A stretch of DNA of 56,787 nucleotides from Enoplolaimus lenunculus (taxonomy: Eukaryota), in assembly GCA_030248215.1 (NCBI GenBank), contig JASANG010001519.1:372001-428787 (forward strand). The letters are read 5' to 3'. Shown here piece after piece: positions 36,164-51,100 of the stretch. Every line of letters starts with the position of its first letter. The stretch's first letter is position 1. The notes beneath the pieces were generated by a model, which did no database searches, was not told where the DNA came from, and worked only from the letters and a program-made list of their open reading frames with translations. The translations under genes and the position numbers were made by a program.

Positions 36164-39100
36164 TCACCAGTTGCCGGCGGAAGCGCACCCAAACCTGCCA
36201 TTTCGAGATCCTGCAGTTGGTGGCGCCCATATTGGCAAACTAAATTTTTTTCGCGTACCACGAAGTAATACGCTGTGAAGCGTTTGGGGACCCCTCGTAT
36301 TTGTTTGGGGGCCAACTATCCTAACGTCGGACCTGATAGCGGCTTGAATACCCGTCACGTCTGTTCAGAAAGAATTTGAAACTTGTATGTGTAGAATATA
36401 ATTACAAGCAGACGAGGCGCATACGGCCGTTTTAAATAACTTTGTGAAAAATATACTTCATTTAAACAGAAGCAGAAGTAAAATTTAGTTGATATTTTTT
36501 TGCTAGATTCCCCAACTCACTCATTAGCCGAGATTTTTTAAATTGTGTTAAAAAATTTTATCTTAATAAAAAGAATTTTATCTTAAGAAAAAATATTATC
36601 TTAAGAAAAATGAATTTCATCTTAAGAAAAAAATTTTATTTTAAGAAAAAACAATTTTATTTTAAGAAAAAACAATTTTATCTTAAGAAAAAAGAATTTT
36701 ATCTTAAGAAACAGCAATTTTATCTTAAGAAAAAAGAATTTTATCTTAAGAAAAAAGATAAGAAAAAAGAATTTTATTTTAAGAAAAAAGAATTTCATCT
36801 TAAGAAAAAAGAATTTTATCTTAAGAAAAAGAATTTTATCTTAAGAAAAAAAATTTTATTTTAAGAAAAAAGAATTTCATCTTAAGAAACAAATTTTATC
36901 TTAAGAAAAAAGAATTTTATTTGGGTAAAATTAACCCATCCCCCTGGAAATCTTCGTGCTTCCTCTACTAACAGTTCGTAATTACAGGCTGCAAGACTGC
37001 AAAAATAAATACATAACTGCAGCAAACTTAACAACCTTATGCCGTCCACGCGGAATAGTAATAAATAAAATCGCTTACCACTATGATGATGAGTCGAAGA
37101 AACATTCGAAGCAAATTGAGCCATAGCGGAACCAGGTGCAGTTCCGGTCGAATTTCCGCTACATCCGGTTGATTGCGAGCGACCTGTGTACGGCGCATGA
37201 CTTGTGTCAATTTGATTCGCTGATAAGGCCCCGGAAGCATTTTGACCAGACAACTCATGTCGAGGGCCCAACGACGTCACCATCGCAGCTTCTGATTCGC
37301 TTGTTCCAAATGGTAACGCTCGAACGCCATTGGCTGACGTATACGCAGCTGCATTTTGATTGGCAGAAACTGCGTATCCGTTGGAAAGTAGAAAAGATGC
37401 GTTATTGTACGCCGAACATGGATCAAAATAGTAACCGGGAGTATGCGCAGATGCAACACATGGGGATATTGTACAACAGCTGTATGATGGCGCGTTTCCG
37501 GCGGTAGTTATAGTGTTAGGTATTGCAGGGTATCCGGTTGCAGCGGAACAGTTGGAGCCGATTTTGTATTGTTGTTGAGCATTTGGCGGTATCGACGCGA
37601 AGGCTGTGTGATGTGTAAATGCACCGTTAGTATAGCTGAAACACGTATACAAAACGTTTATACTTACGATCAGTATTCTCAAATGAATACAACACCAATT
37701 ACCAGTTAGTAATGCGTTTTCGAACAAGTGGAGCTAACCGTGGCTGCGGTCTTGAACTCCGTTTGCACGTAAGTTTCATCAGAAATGACAAAATTGCCAA
37801 ATTTCAAATCCCCTTAATTGGCCCGTTCAAAGGTAACAAGTTCTATTACTAAAACCCTACTCATACGTGCAAGTTTTTGCTGTGAGAACTTGTAGTTGCA
37901 ACTTGCACTTACTAGTCTTGTCCAAAATCCTGTTCGAAAAACTTGGAGCTGCAAATCATTCATTAAAAATCATAGCTGGGAATTTAGATAACACATGCGT
38001 GAATAACCGTGCAAGTTAAATTAATTTATTGCAGCCGCTTTCTCATTGGCTGATAAAAACAATACAAGTTCTGCGTGCAATTTGCAGCTGCAAGTCCTCG
38101 CAGCAAAAACTTGCACGAGTGTCTGGAACTTAACTGATGATAAGAGTGTTTCACATATTTGCGAATATTGTTTAGGTTTGAAAAATAGGTTAATTTTTTA
38201 CTGTTGAGCTGTCAAATTTTATATGAAGACAAGATTGTCAATACGCAAGTTTATGGTTTCAGAACTGCAACAAAAATATTGACAACGAACCCGTAAGGTT
38301 GAGCATCGCCGATCGGTTGGTAACCTGAAAACGCAACTGCTGTCGGGCCATATACACCGTTACTAGCAGATCCTGCGTATTTCTGGCCTGTAAGTCCATT
38401 ACAGCCTGGACTGTTGTCTACACGGCCGGATTCGGATTGAGCAATTGTGTTTGGCGATTTCGTACGTTGTTCTGAACGTTCTTGAGGACTTGACGCGGAC
38501 ACTGACGGAGGACATACAACTGTTCGGTTAGGTGAATTGCGAGTCGTCGCCGGCATAATGCCTGTCTGTCTTGTCGGTAAAAGTTCCGCATTTCCGGCAT
38601 GAGCTGAAGAGACCGTTGAGGGATTGATCCTGGATGCGGCCGATGGTGCCGAACTAAGGTAGTAACCCGTTTCACTGGGAGCTGAGTCTCGTCTTGATGC
38701 CCGGCATTTTTCTTCGCGTCTTGATTTTGCACGTCGATTTGAAAACCAGACCTTTAATTTTAAAACGTTAATTAAATATTGTAGCTTATTTCGGTCAGCT
38801 GTTGCAACCAGTGATTTCGACTGCTAAATTGAAATGGTATTTTGTTTTAAATCAAACCTTTTGTTCGCTGTGATCGTTTCCAATACGCGTCGCTGTTTGA
38901 TTGGCTATCGAGGTAAACCAATCAAAACAATTGTCATTTGAACAATTATATTTCATGGTTTGGTTCAATAATTTTTGCTGATAATACCATTTTCTATTGA
39001 GTATACATTATAAAACAGTCTGGTCTACCCGAACGTTTTGAGAGGAATGCGACCACACTGCAGAAAATGGTGAGTTAAATTGACTCTCTCCGAAATAGGC

Positions 39101-42100
39101 TCTACGGGACTACACAAACGGAGTCAAATTCGACTCCGCCAGAGTCAAATTCGACTGAATGAGCCGTACGTTTGATTCTGGCGGAGTCGAATTTGACTCA
39201 ATTTGTGTAGTCCCGTAGAGCTTATTTCGGAGAAAGTCAATTTGACTCAGAATTGTTTGCAGTGGATGTCGATATTTCCTTATACTGCCTGTGGGTCTGT
39301 GGTTCATTTTAAGTCATAAGATAAAAAAATATTTACGCTTCCCGTTCTAAGTGTTCTTACCTGAATTCGAGATTCTTCAACATTAATCTTCTTCGCCAAC
39401 ATTTCTCTGGTGAAAACGTCCGGATAATGGGTTCGTTCAAATTCTGAAACAATAAATCGTACGACATTAAGCTTTAAGGAACGCGCTCAGATAGCTCGTC
39501 CTGACCCCCGTCATTGCCTTCAGTTTCTGTACTCGTTCTACCAGCATGCGGATATGCTTCGGCCTGATTTTATTTCATAAATATGAGTCATCCCTTTTTT
39601 AAAATTCAAAATCCCACCTTGCATATCCGCAAGTTTCCTGGTTGTTCTAAATTTGAACGGCCCATACACAGAACAGGGCCGGATCGCTTTCCGGACGGGC
39701 TATAATAGAGTCAGTTTAAGTTTTAGACTAATTATTTTGCTTAGGTTTAGGCTTAAGCCTAGGCTTACGCTTAGGAATATGCTTATATTACTGTTCCGGC
39801 TCTGTTCTATACATGGACCATTTGAACCGTCCACCGCTGAATTCAACAAGCTATGGGGGTCACCTTTTTCAAGTCCGTTTAGTTGTTCTTGGCTGAACGA
39901 TGTCCGGACGCGTTGGAGTTTTCGTTTCAATCTTTGTCGAGCTTCCGCATCGTTCGGCAACGGAGTTGATCCACTGTCGCCTTCACCACTTCCGGTATCC
40001 GCAGTATCTGAATTCGATATCGATTTATTGCCAATGTCTGTGTCTAAAAAACAAATTAATTACTGCTTTAGCGTCGTTTGTTTTTGTCTTTTTGAACAAG
40101 TGAAATTTTGGTTAAAAAACAATTATTTTTTAGAAATTTTGCATTGGAACAAGCTGCAGTTGCAAGTTTTAACAAAAAATTAATATTAATTCAAGCGGTC
40201 TTCAGCTTGTCGGAAAAGTGAAAACTGGTAGTTTTCAGGAATTTTTCTGACGAACAGTACCAGTTGGCAGGTTTATACCGTTTTTGTAATAAAAAATTTC
40301 CTGTACACAAAAAATTTTGAATTTTTATGATCTCAAAATTCAATTGATTGCACACAACGCTCGCAAACCCGAATACTGCGGTCGAGGTTTTATCGCTTGA
40401 AAATAAACCTATACGGGATGTGGTACGTTAGCTATCTTTTGTAGTAACACAGGTTAATAAAAGGTTACTAAAAGCGACGGTCCATGTTACTTTTAAGGAC
40501 GTCCAGGTTTCTGATGATCTATAAAAGAGCAGGTTTAGATTCTAGATTACATTTTTGCTTAGACTTAGGAACACACTTTTGCAACGCTTAGGCTTAGGCT
40601 TAGGAATGCGCTTAATCTACTGTTACGGCCCTAAAAATAACATATTGACCAAAGCGAATATAACAATCAGGCAATACGATTGACCGGTTATGTCTTTGGT
40701 TACTATCTGTGTTATGATTTAACGCAAAATTTACGCTGGCAACGTTTTAAGTGGAGTTTTTCCTACTCAAAAAACACGAAAAACGAGAGTTTATGTTGGA
40801 AAATTTTTAAACTTTGACACGAACCTCAACTATATTTTACGGTAAGACATTGGCTGGGTTTCCAAAATCTTCCGTAATTATATTTTACTTAAGGTATACT
40901 TAAGTAATTACTTAAGTTACCGATTTAAGTAAACAGTTAACTTTTCGAACAAAAAAACAGATAAACGCAACATGTGAACATTGCCACAACGAAACAGTAA
41001 TAGTTTTGCTTTATATTAAGGAAGCACCTTGAGTCTACAATATCAGTTAGAGCAAGGTTAGCATGCCTGAGCTGTTAATCTGTAATATATCAAACTTATT
41101 CTGCGACTTATCAGTTTTTGTACTTCCTTTCTTGCTGTGAAAACGGCCTTCCTTGGCCCAGAAATGGCCCAATTACAACTGAAGTCGTAACAGTAGTATA
41201 AGCATACACCTGTCGAAGCCTCTAATTAAATGTAAGCTTAAAATGTAAGCAAACCGTTTTTTCACTGTAAAGGGGAACCCATAATAAATAGTGCACGCAG
41301 GTCAACGCATTTAGCTGCTGACCTATGCATTTTTTAATATTTACTTACTTTGATTCATATTTGGACACAAAACCATTTTATCATTAAAAAACTATAAATA
41401 TACAGGTAATTGAATTAAGTGAAACAATTAGTGAGCAGATTAATACGTCTAAACATTTAAGAAACAGTTTTGTCAAACCCCCCAAAAACCCGTATCCTTC
41501 GCAAAAGTTTTAAGGAAAAATTGTACTAAAACCGGTAACTAATTTTCCCCCTGAAGGCATTTTATAAAATGTTCGCCAAACCTTTGCAATCTTGCATTCT
41601 TGGACAAAAAAATACGAAACACAGTTGACCCTTAAAGTATGCTTCCCAGGCTACGCCATTCTGAGCAGCTGTGGATGAAAATTTGGCATTGTTCATCGCG
41701 TTCAGATATGTAAATAACAATGAGTCGGTTAATCAACTCAGAGAGAGAATTAGTCATTTTTGGTTATTCCTGAGTTAAAAACATGAAACATCAACTCGCT
41801 CTAAGCAGTGTTAAATTCTGATCGAGTTAATTAATTAACTCAGAATGAGTTCAATCAATTCAGAATGCTGAGTTGTGAAAGACCTAATTCAGCACTCAGG
41901 CTTCTGAGCGCGGATTGAACTCATTCTGAGTTAAAATCAACTCACTAGAATTTACAGTGTAATTGAAAACGGTAGCAATTAAATTTTAATAAAATTAATT
42001 GAATTTATGTGAATGTTTTTAAAATGGCTCATTTCGCCGGCCTACAGCGCCACCCTAATTCTTAAAAATATTATCACAAACTGACAGCGAATTCAAATTA

Positions 42101-45100
42101 GAAATATGCGTTTTCTAGTACAATTCACACCAAATGAGAAATAAGTTTACAGTTTGTCTCACGTACTGCAAGTAGCCAACGGGTGGTGAGTCTTGCGAAG
42201 GTTTCGTTTCAAAAGGGGTCAGTTTGGGTTAAACCGCGGTTTGCGAGCAAGCGTAACGGCGAGCAAGAGACTTATTTTGATGCCTGCAGCTAATATCTTC
42301 AGCCTATCGAACTGCTGTGTTTTTTCGAGTCTTTTCAGAAATTGTGCTAATATATATTCATTGTCGACGTTGTATGTGACTATACAAGTTGCATTGCAAT
42401 TAGTTCATGATGCCTCTTATCGCAGCATTTGAGCGTTGTGCAAATGTCGGCATTAATTTGTCGATTTCAAATCAAATCAATACTAAACTGTCACTAAATA
42501 CCGTATTTAAAGACAAAATCGTATGTTTCGTTGAATGTTAGTGTACAGTTTGATCAGAGACTTTATTTCGGTCCTACGTTTTCAAAATTCGAAACAATCA
42601 AATGCGGATTTTTCGTGTTGATTTGAAAATTATCAAATCGGTGTATTTTTCGTTATTGTTTTCTTTATTCTTTTCAACGACCATATTCTCAAATGTGTAT
42701 AGCACCTATCATCAATTAGCGAAAGGTTTTCTAAATTGGCGAACATCTGCAGTTGCAGATCGCAAAATTGGTACAGAAGTAGGGAAAATCAAACGTGAGT
42801 GATATTATGCTGAATTTAGTATCTCATCATGCGCTGGTTCCAAAGTTACACGACCTACCACCAACCGGTGATAGGCGTTGCTCACATTTTTGAATACGGG
42901 CTCGTATTTTAGGGCCCTGTAAAGGTCAGGTTGAAAACAACAATGTTACGATTTAGTACGTCATTATAGTAATTTGGTGGTTTAGTTTGGCCAATTACTT
43001 AAATCACGAGTACACGGTACAAGCGTATGCCACTCCTGGAGAGTTCGCATGGTACAAAATGTACCCGGCACGCGTTGCGTTTTTGACCACGACCCTTACT
43101 TGGAGGGGTATAATGTGTGCGAGCCATGGCACGTTATCCGGCTTCAAAAATGCTCCGCTTACAGTACAGTTTCCGGGTTTATTGCATGTGACAACGACTC
43201 CCCTCTAAATAAAGGAGGTCAGCCAAATACTACGCAACGCTCGCTCGGTGGTCCATGTTGTATCATGCAGAACCCCAAGAGTTGCACACTCGTGTATCAT
43301 GCATTCTTGCTTAAAATAACCGGAATCGTTTGTGATAGCACAAGCAGGAAATGTTATGGACTAAAAGTTGTCCATATTTTAATTCAACTTCGTTTGCCTG
43401 TTAACACTAAATCTTTCGTGTTACCAGCAAATTTAGTCACGTATTCGTGAGCTGGTACTAAAGATTTTAAACGTTAAGTTAGTACCAAATATTCAGTCAA
43501 CCTAATATGTGTCATACGCATACCAAGGGCTCGTAACCAGAATACAATTTCCAAAGAGTATAACCTGCTTTATCAGACTCACTGCAAAAACGTAGTGAGT
43601 CAAATTGACTCTCTCTCCAAAATAGGCTCTACGGGAGTGTACATAAACTGGATTAAATGCGGCTCCGCCAGAGGCAAATTCGACGTAACAAGTCGCGCGT
43701 TTGACTCTGGCGGAGTCGAATTTGAGTCATTGGTGCAGTCCCGTAAAGCCTATTTCGGAGAGAGTCAATTTGACACATCAGTTTTTCCATTGTATAAGCC
43801 AGCCGTTTAATCTAAAACCTTCAAAAGATCGTTTTATGATTATTGTCAAGATATTTGGTTCAAGCGATATATAACCCAATACACTGTAAAAAATGGGGAG
43901 TCAAATTGACTCTCTCGGAAACAGGCTTTTCCTGACCAGACAAACTGAGTCAAATTTGACTCCGCCAGAGTCAACAGTGAATCTCAATTTGACTCTGGCG
44001 GAGTCAAATTTGACTCAGTTTGTGTAGTCAGGAAAAGCCTGTTTGCGAAGGAGTCAATTTGACTCCCCATTTTTTACAGTGTACTCTTCCTCTTGCACAT
44101 GTTCCTACGCCTTACAAACCCGTTGTTACAAAAACATATTAGAGCAGGGATCAACCGTTTGCACTGGAGTACGCCGAAATTTCGCCTGATTTAAAAGCGG
44201 ATCGCCAACACATTTTCGAAAACGACCCAAATGTTTTAAAAATGACCAAAATCTGTTACCCGCTGACCTGATTGAAAATCACAAAAAACACTGAAACAAC
44301 TGTCAGACTTGTATCGTTTGGCATCGTTTATGAATCCAAACCCCAATCAAAACGGTTCCACTCAAAACTTCCAAAGTACCAACAACGGTTTGTAACGTCT
44401 CGTAAGCGTCGGTCACATTTTTTTTCAGCCATCCGTTGCAATGGGAAGTTTAACAAAAAATCTATGTTCAGGCCGAACGTCAACTTTGATTATAGTACGA
44501 ACCCATGGAATTGTCGAATGTTTGAAGTTCGCAGCAATGCATAACATTTCTTACTTAATTACAAGTGACACATTAGAGCAGTGGTATGCAACTGCACAGC
44601 GAGTAAACGACAAAGTATCGTGAGCAATTTTTGCAGCAAAAATGCAATCAATTGTTCTCATGGCTCACAAAATTTTCAACTAATTTAAACGCAAAGGGGG
44701 TCAAAACTGTAGGTCCAACGCGCTGAAATTCACATACGTCGACATTTGTAAGGGAAACTTGAAGGGAACGTTTATTTTGGCGAATAAGTGTCACGAGTAA
44801 ACGCACTGCATTACAATATTTTCAATTTGAACTGTTCAACTGTTTAATGGTAAACATAAATGTGTTTCCGGCCGATGTAAACATCAGGACAGCAACTGTT
44901 TTGTGTGGGATTGCAATAGAGTAAGCTTCAAGCGTTAGACTAATTTTTTGCTTAGACTAAGGCATACGATTGTACTACTGTTACGAGCCTGTTCTATACA
45001 TTGGTCGTGTTTCCTGTAGAGTTACGTCCGGGTCCGGGTTTTTTCTCATAGAAAAATCCGGGTGTGGGTATTTGGTTTTAAATGTTGGAATTCTGTTTCA

Positions 45101-48100
45101 TACCGGTTACCGGTTTGACGTCGGGCTTATAAAATTCAAGCACTATCCAAATAAAGTACGTCTGAAAAATAACACTTTTAAACCAGGCAATAAAAGGTAA
45201 CGTGAACTAAGATTAATCTGATTTTAAGAAAGCAATATTTAGCGAAAACGAAAAACCTAATCTTTCATGCTATCATTTTCAAAAAATGTTCATGTCAACC
45301 AATGGCATCACACGACAACTATAGGGCCACCGTTACTGTAGAGACCCGAATAAGAGGGGGCGCCCATTTTGAGTACTAATCAATAGAAGTCCGAATCCCT
45401 AATAACACTCCGTAGCGGATAGAGTCCCTAAACCCTAATAATAGTCCTTAAATGTCAATTATCTCTAATTGTAGAGCATAAATGACTCCAGTACCTTATA
45501 AAGCTAAGTTCGAATCTTTAAAGCGTACTAAAATTTTGAAAGTACATTCCTAATTATAACCTTGCATTATCGCTCAAGCTTTTGATACAAGAGAAACGTT
45601 TTAGTTGACGGATAGTTGCAATACCGATTATATCAGTAACGAAGGGCGGCGGATTGCGGATTAAAAATAAATAACAGTCCACAACCGAATAACAGGTGGG
45701 TACCCTCACAAGAGGCCAAATAAATATCAGTACCCTCCTCTTATTTGGGTCACTACAGTACGAGAAACCGCTCAAATCACAATCCTTATTTTAAAGTTTT
45801 TTAAATAAAATTTTGAAGATTTTCAACTAAAATACTAAAATCATGAAATTTATAGTTGTGAAAACACAACCAGCTGGCACTACGCCTTAAACACCTCGTA
45901 TAATTGTCATAAGAAAACAAATTTGAAATTTTGGTTCAAACGTAATAAAATTAGGCGACTTTATGGTTTTCTGAATTTAAATTACTCTTCACAAGGATAA
46001 CCAAACTGGTTATCCGACGCTTCAAAAAGTATATCTCAACCGGCATCATTATATTTTACTTAAATACCACCCATGCACAACTAATTCAACTCAACGAAAA
46101 CGTAATAGTTTGAGCAATGTCAACTCGTTCAGTTCAATTCATTAATATCACGTTTATTTGACTATTACAACAACAGCTTAGAACTGAGTCAAAAATTATG
46201 TGTTTTTTGTTGCCGAATACAAGTCAAAGTTGCACTATCCGGCGATACAAATTCCAGTTAGATTTTCGCCTTACTGTAGCCTTCGAGCCGATGTGAGCGG
46301 TGCGTTTTGTTTAACGTTTAATGATTTGGAAATTGCCAATAATAATTAGCCCGGTGACAAATAGCCCTTCGAATCAGAAGTGATACTTTTTGTTCGACCG
46401 TGAGTGTAAACAAAATATGTTTTGTGAATTACCATTGAACGCTGTATTGTTTTGCCAATGAAAATTTTGGTAAAAGTAACACAAAGTATTGTAGTGACCC
46501 GAATAAGAGGCAGGTAATAAAAGGGGATACCCATTTTGAGTGCCAATCAATAGGAGTCCGGATCCCTAATAATGATCCGCAAGCGGATAGAGTCTTTAAA
46601 CGTCAATTGAGTCTATAAATGGCAATGGTCCCTAATTGTAGTGCATAAATGACTCCAGCGCCAACTAAAGTTGAGTTCGAATCTTCACAGCATACGTAAG
46701 TTTTGAAAGGGCATTCCTAAGTATAACCTTGCATTACCGCTCAAGGTTTCGGTGCAAGACAAATAAACATTCAATTCAACGGATAGTTGCAGTACCGGAC
46801 ACATATCAGGAAGTAAGGGTAGCGGAAGGTTTGTTTTAAAATTAAATAACAGTCCGTAACCGAATAACAGGGGGTACCCTGTTGAGACGCCAAATAAATA
46901 TCAGTCGCCCACTCTTATTCGGGTCACTACAATACGATACGCCTTAAACTGTAAGGCTTCAAATGAAAAAGTTACCTTTGAACGTCTAGTGTTCACATTG
47001 ATGATTAGCTATTGAATAGCAATTTTAGTAATGTAGTTGAAAACCGGTTTTACCCGTTACGAATGAAAACATTCATATGAAATCATTGCAATCACTTCGC
47101 ACAGGACAATTTTTAATCCATAAAAGCAATCCTTGCGTAGCGAAGCCATTAAAATCATATAATATTAATCACATAGCAAGTTTTACTTTGGTTATCTTTT
47201 AAAAAATAATAATGGTCAATTATTACTCGCAAGACAGGCAATAACGAAAAATTTTACCCCTTAAAAATTTAAATGCTGCGTTCGTTTGAAATTCCTGGTT
47301 GTGCGAACCTAAATTAAATGGACAGCGACATAGGCTGTCCATGCTAAAAAATTTGCAACTGTAATATAACTTGGTCTGCGTGTCTGAAATATCTTATACA
47401 CAAACAGGGTTTACAACGATTTAATCCAAGTTTCTGGCAAAAAACTCAAACATAAACACCCTTAATACTGAAAAATTACTATATCGTTGTTCTTTGTGTC
47501 AAAAAAACGGTAAAGAACTTCAAATCTTGAAGACACGTCATCCGGTCAGTAGCCAGCTTACCGTGCTAGGCTGGGCCAAAAAATCGTTCAGGAGGGGCAT
47601 TCAAGAATTTTCAACAACTACAAGCAAGATTTAACACTACTAGAGGGAGGCAAATTTGTTTTAGAGGGGCTATGCCCCCCTGGCCTCCCTTGACTACGGT
47701 CCCTCACATCATCGACGTTCCTATTTCAGCCACAATGCGATTAGAAGCACATTTTTTGCATTGTTTTCATGGTTGTTCAACTTGAAGCTTAACCTGAATG
47801 AAAACGCTACTGTGGTAAGCAAGCGTAAAATTATACTAAATTTTATACTAAAATTTGTTGTTCAAAAAAGCATTTAGCGAACACCTGGCTTAGACACCAA
47901 TTCATGGCGATTGTGAACATTTTTTGACTAAATGTTTTCGACAACAGGGGCGGCAATAATACCCTGTTGTTATGCTACTTTGTTTGTAATCTCATTTGTT
48001 TCTTTAAATTGTGCCGAGAATACCACCAGAGTTGTCAATCATAATTAAGTTTTGCCATCGGCGGTTACAACTATGTACAGAGGCGGCACGCTGTACTTCA

Positions 48101-51100
48101 TCGGCGACCTTAACCATTATAACCAGGTTAGGGAGGTAAACATTTTTCAGGAGAGACATACAAGGGTTTTCGATAACTTACTAATGAGAGCCATTTTCAG
48201 AAAGGCCAACGCTCTTGACTACGGTCCGAGCGGCGTACATTTTGGTTAGCAATTTTGGGCGCTACGGTCCAAAGTGGCTTACATTTTGGTTAGCAATTTT
48301 GGGCCACGTTTCCAACGCATCACGCTGCAATGATCTTAATACATGTAGTTGCATTACAAGCAAGTTCGTATTGGCGGTGTTAAAATTTAAACGGACGCAA
48401 CAGAAATAAAACAAATTTACAGTTTTGGCTGTTTCGTTTTAAGTGCATAAAAGACTGAACTGTGTTTTTGTAATATTTTGATGTCACAGTTGATTTGGAT
48501 CAAAATTTTGTTGCGTTTAACGTGCGTTTGGTCCAACTTTTTTTGTTTTTTTTGAAATTTCTGTTGTTGCAAAACTGCTGTATTCGGTTGATGGCAACAC
48601 ACTTAACTGAGCTGTCAGTCAAAAAATTGTTCTACAGTAAATCCGCCGCCAAATTTTAAATTAAAAGGAAATATTGTGTTATTTCGTTATGTTGTTTTTT
48701 AATGATGGTACTATTGGCTAATGTTACTTTTAGTGGCGTAACAGTAGATTAAGCGTATTCCTAAGTCTAAGACTAATGTTGCTTTTAGGGGCGTAACAGT
48801 AGATTAAGCGTATTTCTAAGTCTAAGACTAATGTTACTTTTAGGGGCGTAACAGTAGATTAAGCGCATTTCTAAGCCTAAGCCTAATGTTACTTTTAGAG
48901 GCGTAATAGTAGATTAAGCGTATTTCTAAGTCTAAGACTAATGTTACTTTTAGGGGCGTAACAGTAGATTAAGCGTATTTCCAAGTCTAAGACTAATTTC
49001 ACTTTTAGTGGCGTAATAGTAGATTAAGCGTATTTCTAAGCCTAAAGCCTAATGTTGCTTTAAGGGGCGCAACAGTGGATTAAGCGTATTTCTAAGCCTA
49101 AGCCTAATATTACTTTTAGAGGCGTAATAGTAGATTAAGCGTATTCCTAACCCTAAGCCTAAGCCTAAGCGTTGCAAAAATGAGTTCGTAAGCTTACGCC
49201 TAAACCTAAGCAAAAAACCGTAATCTAGAATCTTAACCTACTCATTTATAGACCCGCCAGAAATATGGACGCCCCTAAAAGTAACATGGGCCGTGCTATT
49301 TGTAAGATAGATAGCGACAAAGGATTAACAAAATTTTTGCAAAGATATATACGGAATTTTAATTCTTGTACCTTCGCCGTATATTTGTTGGTGGATTTAA
49401 AAACAAAAAAGTCTTAAAATATACTAAAAACAAGTCTTAAAACATACTAAAACACAAGTCCGAAAATATACTAAAAACAAAAGTCTTAAAATATACTAAA
49501 AATAAAGAGAAAAAAATTTTGAAAATGGTACCACTGGGTAAGATTTTTTAAATTTTCTCGTTCTAAGCGGCGTACTCGGAAGCTTACAGCTTACACGACC
49601 AAAATTTTTATCGCACCAGTAAAATATGTTGGGTTAAAAAGCGCTACCAAATGGCAAGTGTTTTTAGACTGGTTAAACCAGACTGGTTTCGAAACGTTTA
49701 TGTTTAAACCAAATCAAAACTACGGCTTTGTAGCAACCTTACAAAATCTGTCTTATAAATTAATCTACAATGAAATTTCTAAGGAAAACCGCACAATATT
49801 CGTTGAAAAACATGGCCAACTAAGCACCTAAGCCAAATTTCAGTAGTAAATATTAACATAAATTTTAGGTTGAGCCTGATCAAAAAAAATTTTAGTTAGC
49901 CAAGATATTCGCAAATCTCTCGCAGTATCATACCCCAAATTGCTACTTTAACGAGATCGCGTGGGTCGGTGTTTGTAGTCACGTCACCCAAAATCGGATC
50001 CAATTTTATGTTGAGTGAATCAACTTAGAAAAAGGGTGCTTAAAAAAAAAACCAATTTCTATCGGAATTGGGGTCTCCGATCCCGGTTGGCGTGTGAGCG
50101 ACATCCTGGTGGAACCCGTTGGATCACCAGTGCAGGAAGCGTACAATTTTGTTTGACAGCTGTGTACAGTGATTGATTCGACGCGTACAAAGCACACGTC
50201 AATAAAACGTCCGAGTCGTATCGACGGTCATAATTGCAAGTTGAAATACGAGTTGCGGTTGGACAGTTTTTGCCGTTTACTCACAGGCATGGAATGTGTG
50301 CACGCGTCAATTCAGATACGGCTTACGGTAGCTGTGGTATTGTTTAGTTAAGAAAAGCACTCGTGGCCGCTGGCACGTTGACTATGCAATTCCGCTATAG
50401 GTAAGTGGGCCCGTGTTACTTTTAGGGGCGTCCAGGTTTCTAGTGGACTATAAAAGAGTTGGTTTGGATGCTAGGTTACTTTTTTGCCTAGGCTTAGGCT
50501 TAGGAACACACTTTTACAACGCTTAGGCTTAGGCTTAGTAGTACGCTTAATACGTGCCTATAAGTAACATTGGCCGGAACGTGTATAGAATACAGTAAAA
50601 ATTGGAACCAAACTCCAGCTGCGACAACATATTGACGATATTCTTCACTGGGTACGATTTTTTACGCAAGTGCACCACTGAATCGAATAATATACCAGTG
50701 ACATGCATCAATTGAGTTGACTTTGTTTTGAAGTTATGAGATACAAAAGAACATTTCCCACTGAAAAGGTTTTAAATTCAAATTTTTCCAAATGAAAAAA
50801 ATGGAAAAAATTTGTTTTCACTGAATAGTAACGTTTCTATAAGTGCAGGGGTTGTTTATAGACACAGTTTGCGTACACAAAGGCACAAGCCAGCTCTTAA
50901 TGTTCGGAATGGCATAAACTTCAAGTATAAGACAATTTTTTGACGTCTAAGGTCCAAAAGGATACACGAAAGTCAATTAACACGACACTCAAAGGTCTGT
51001 TTGGCTTGATATTTCTTGTTTGTCCAAAAATTTCAAGGCGTCTCTATATAAGTTGCAAAGTAATCGCTTCTTCAGTGTTAATTTTTATACGTATACTTTC

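Noticed and set aside
36610..36864. K/F/Y-rich 84-aa ORF
   Set aside because: Translation of the 21-bp minisatellite.
36882..37727. 281-aa ORF as a stand-alone gene
   Set aside because: It is Pax6-like exon 37635-37079 plus open intron flanks.
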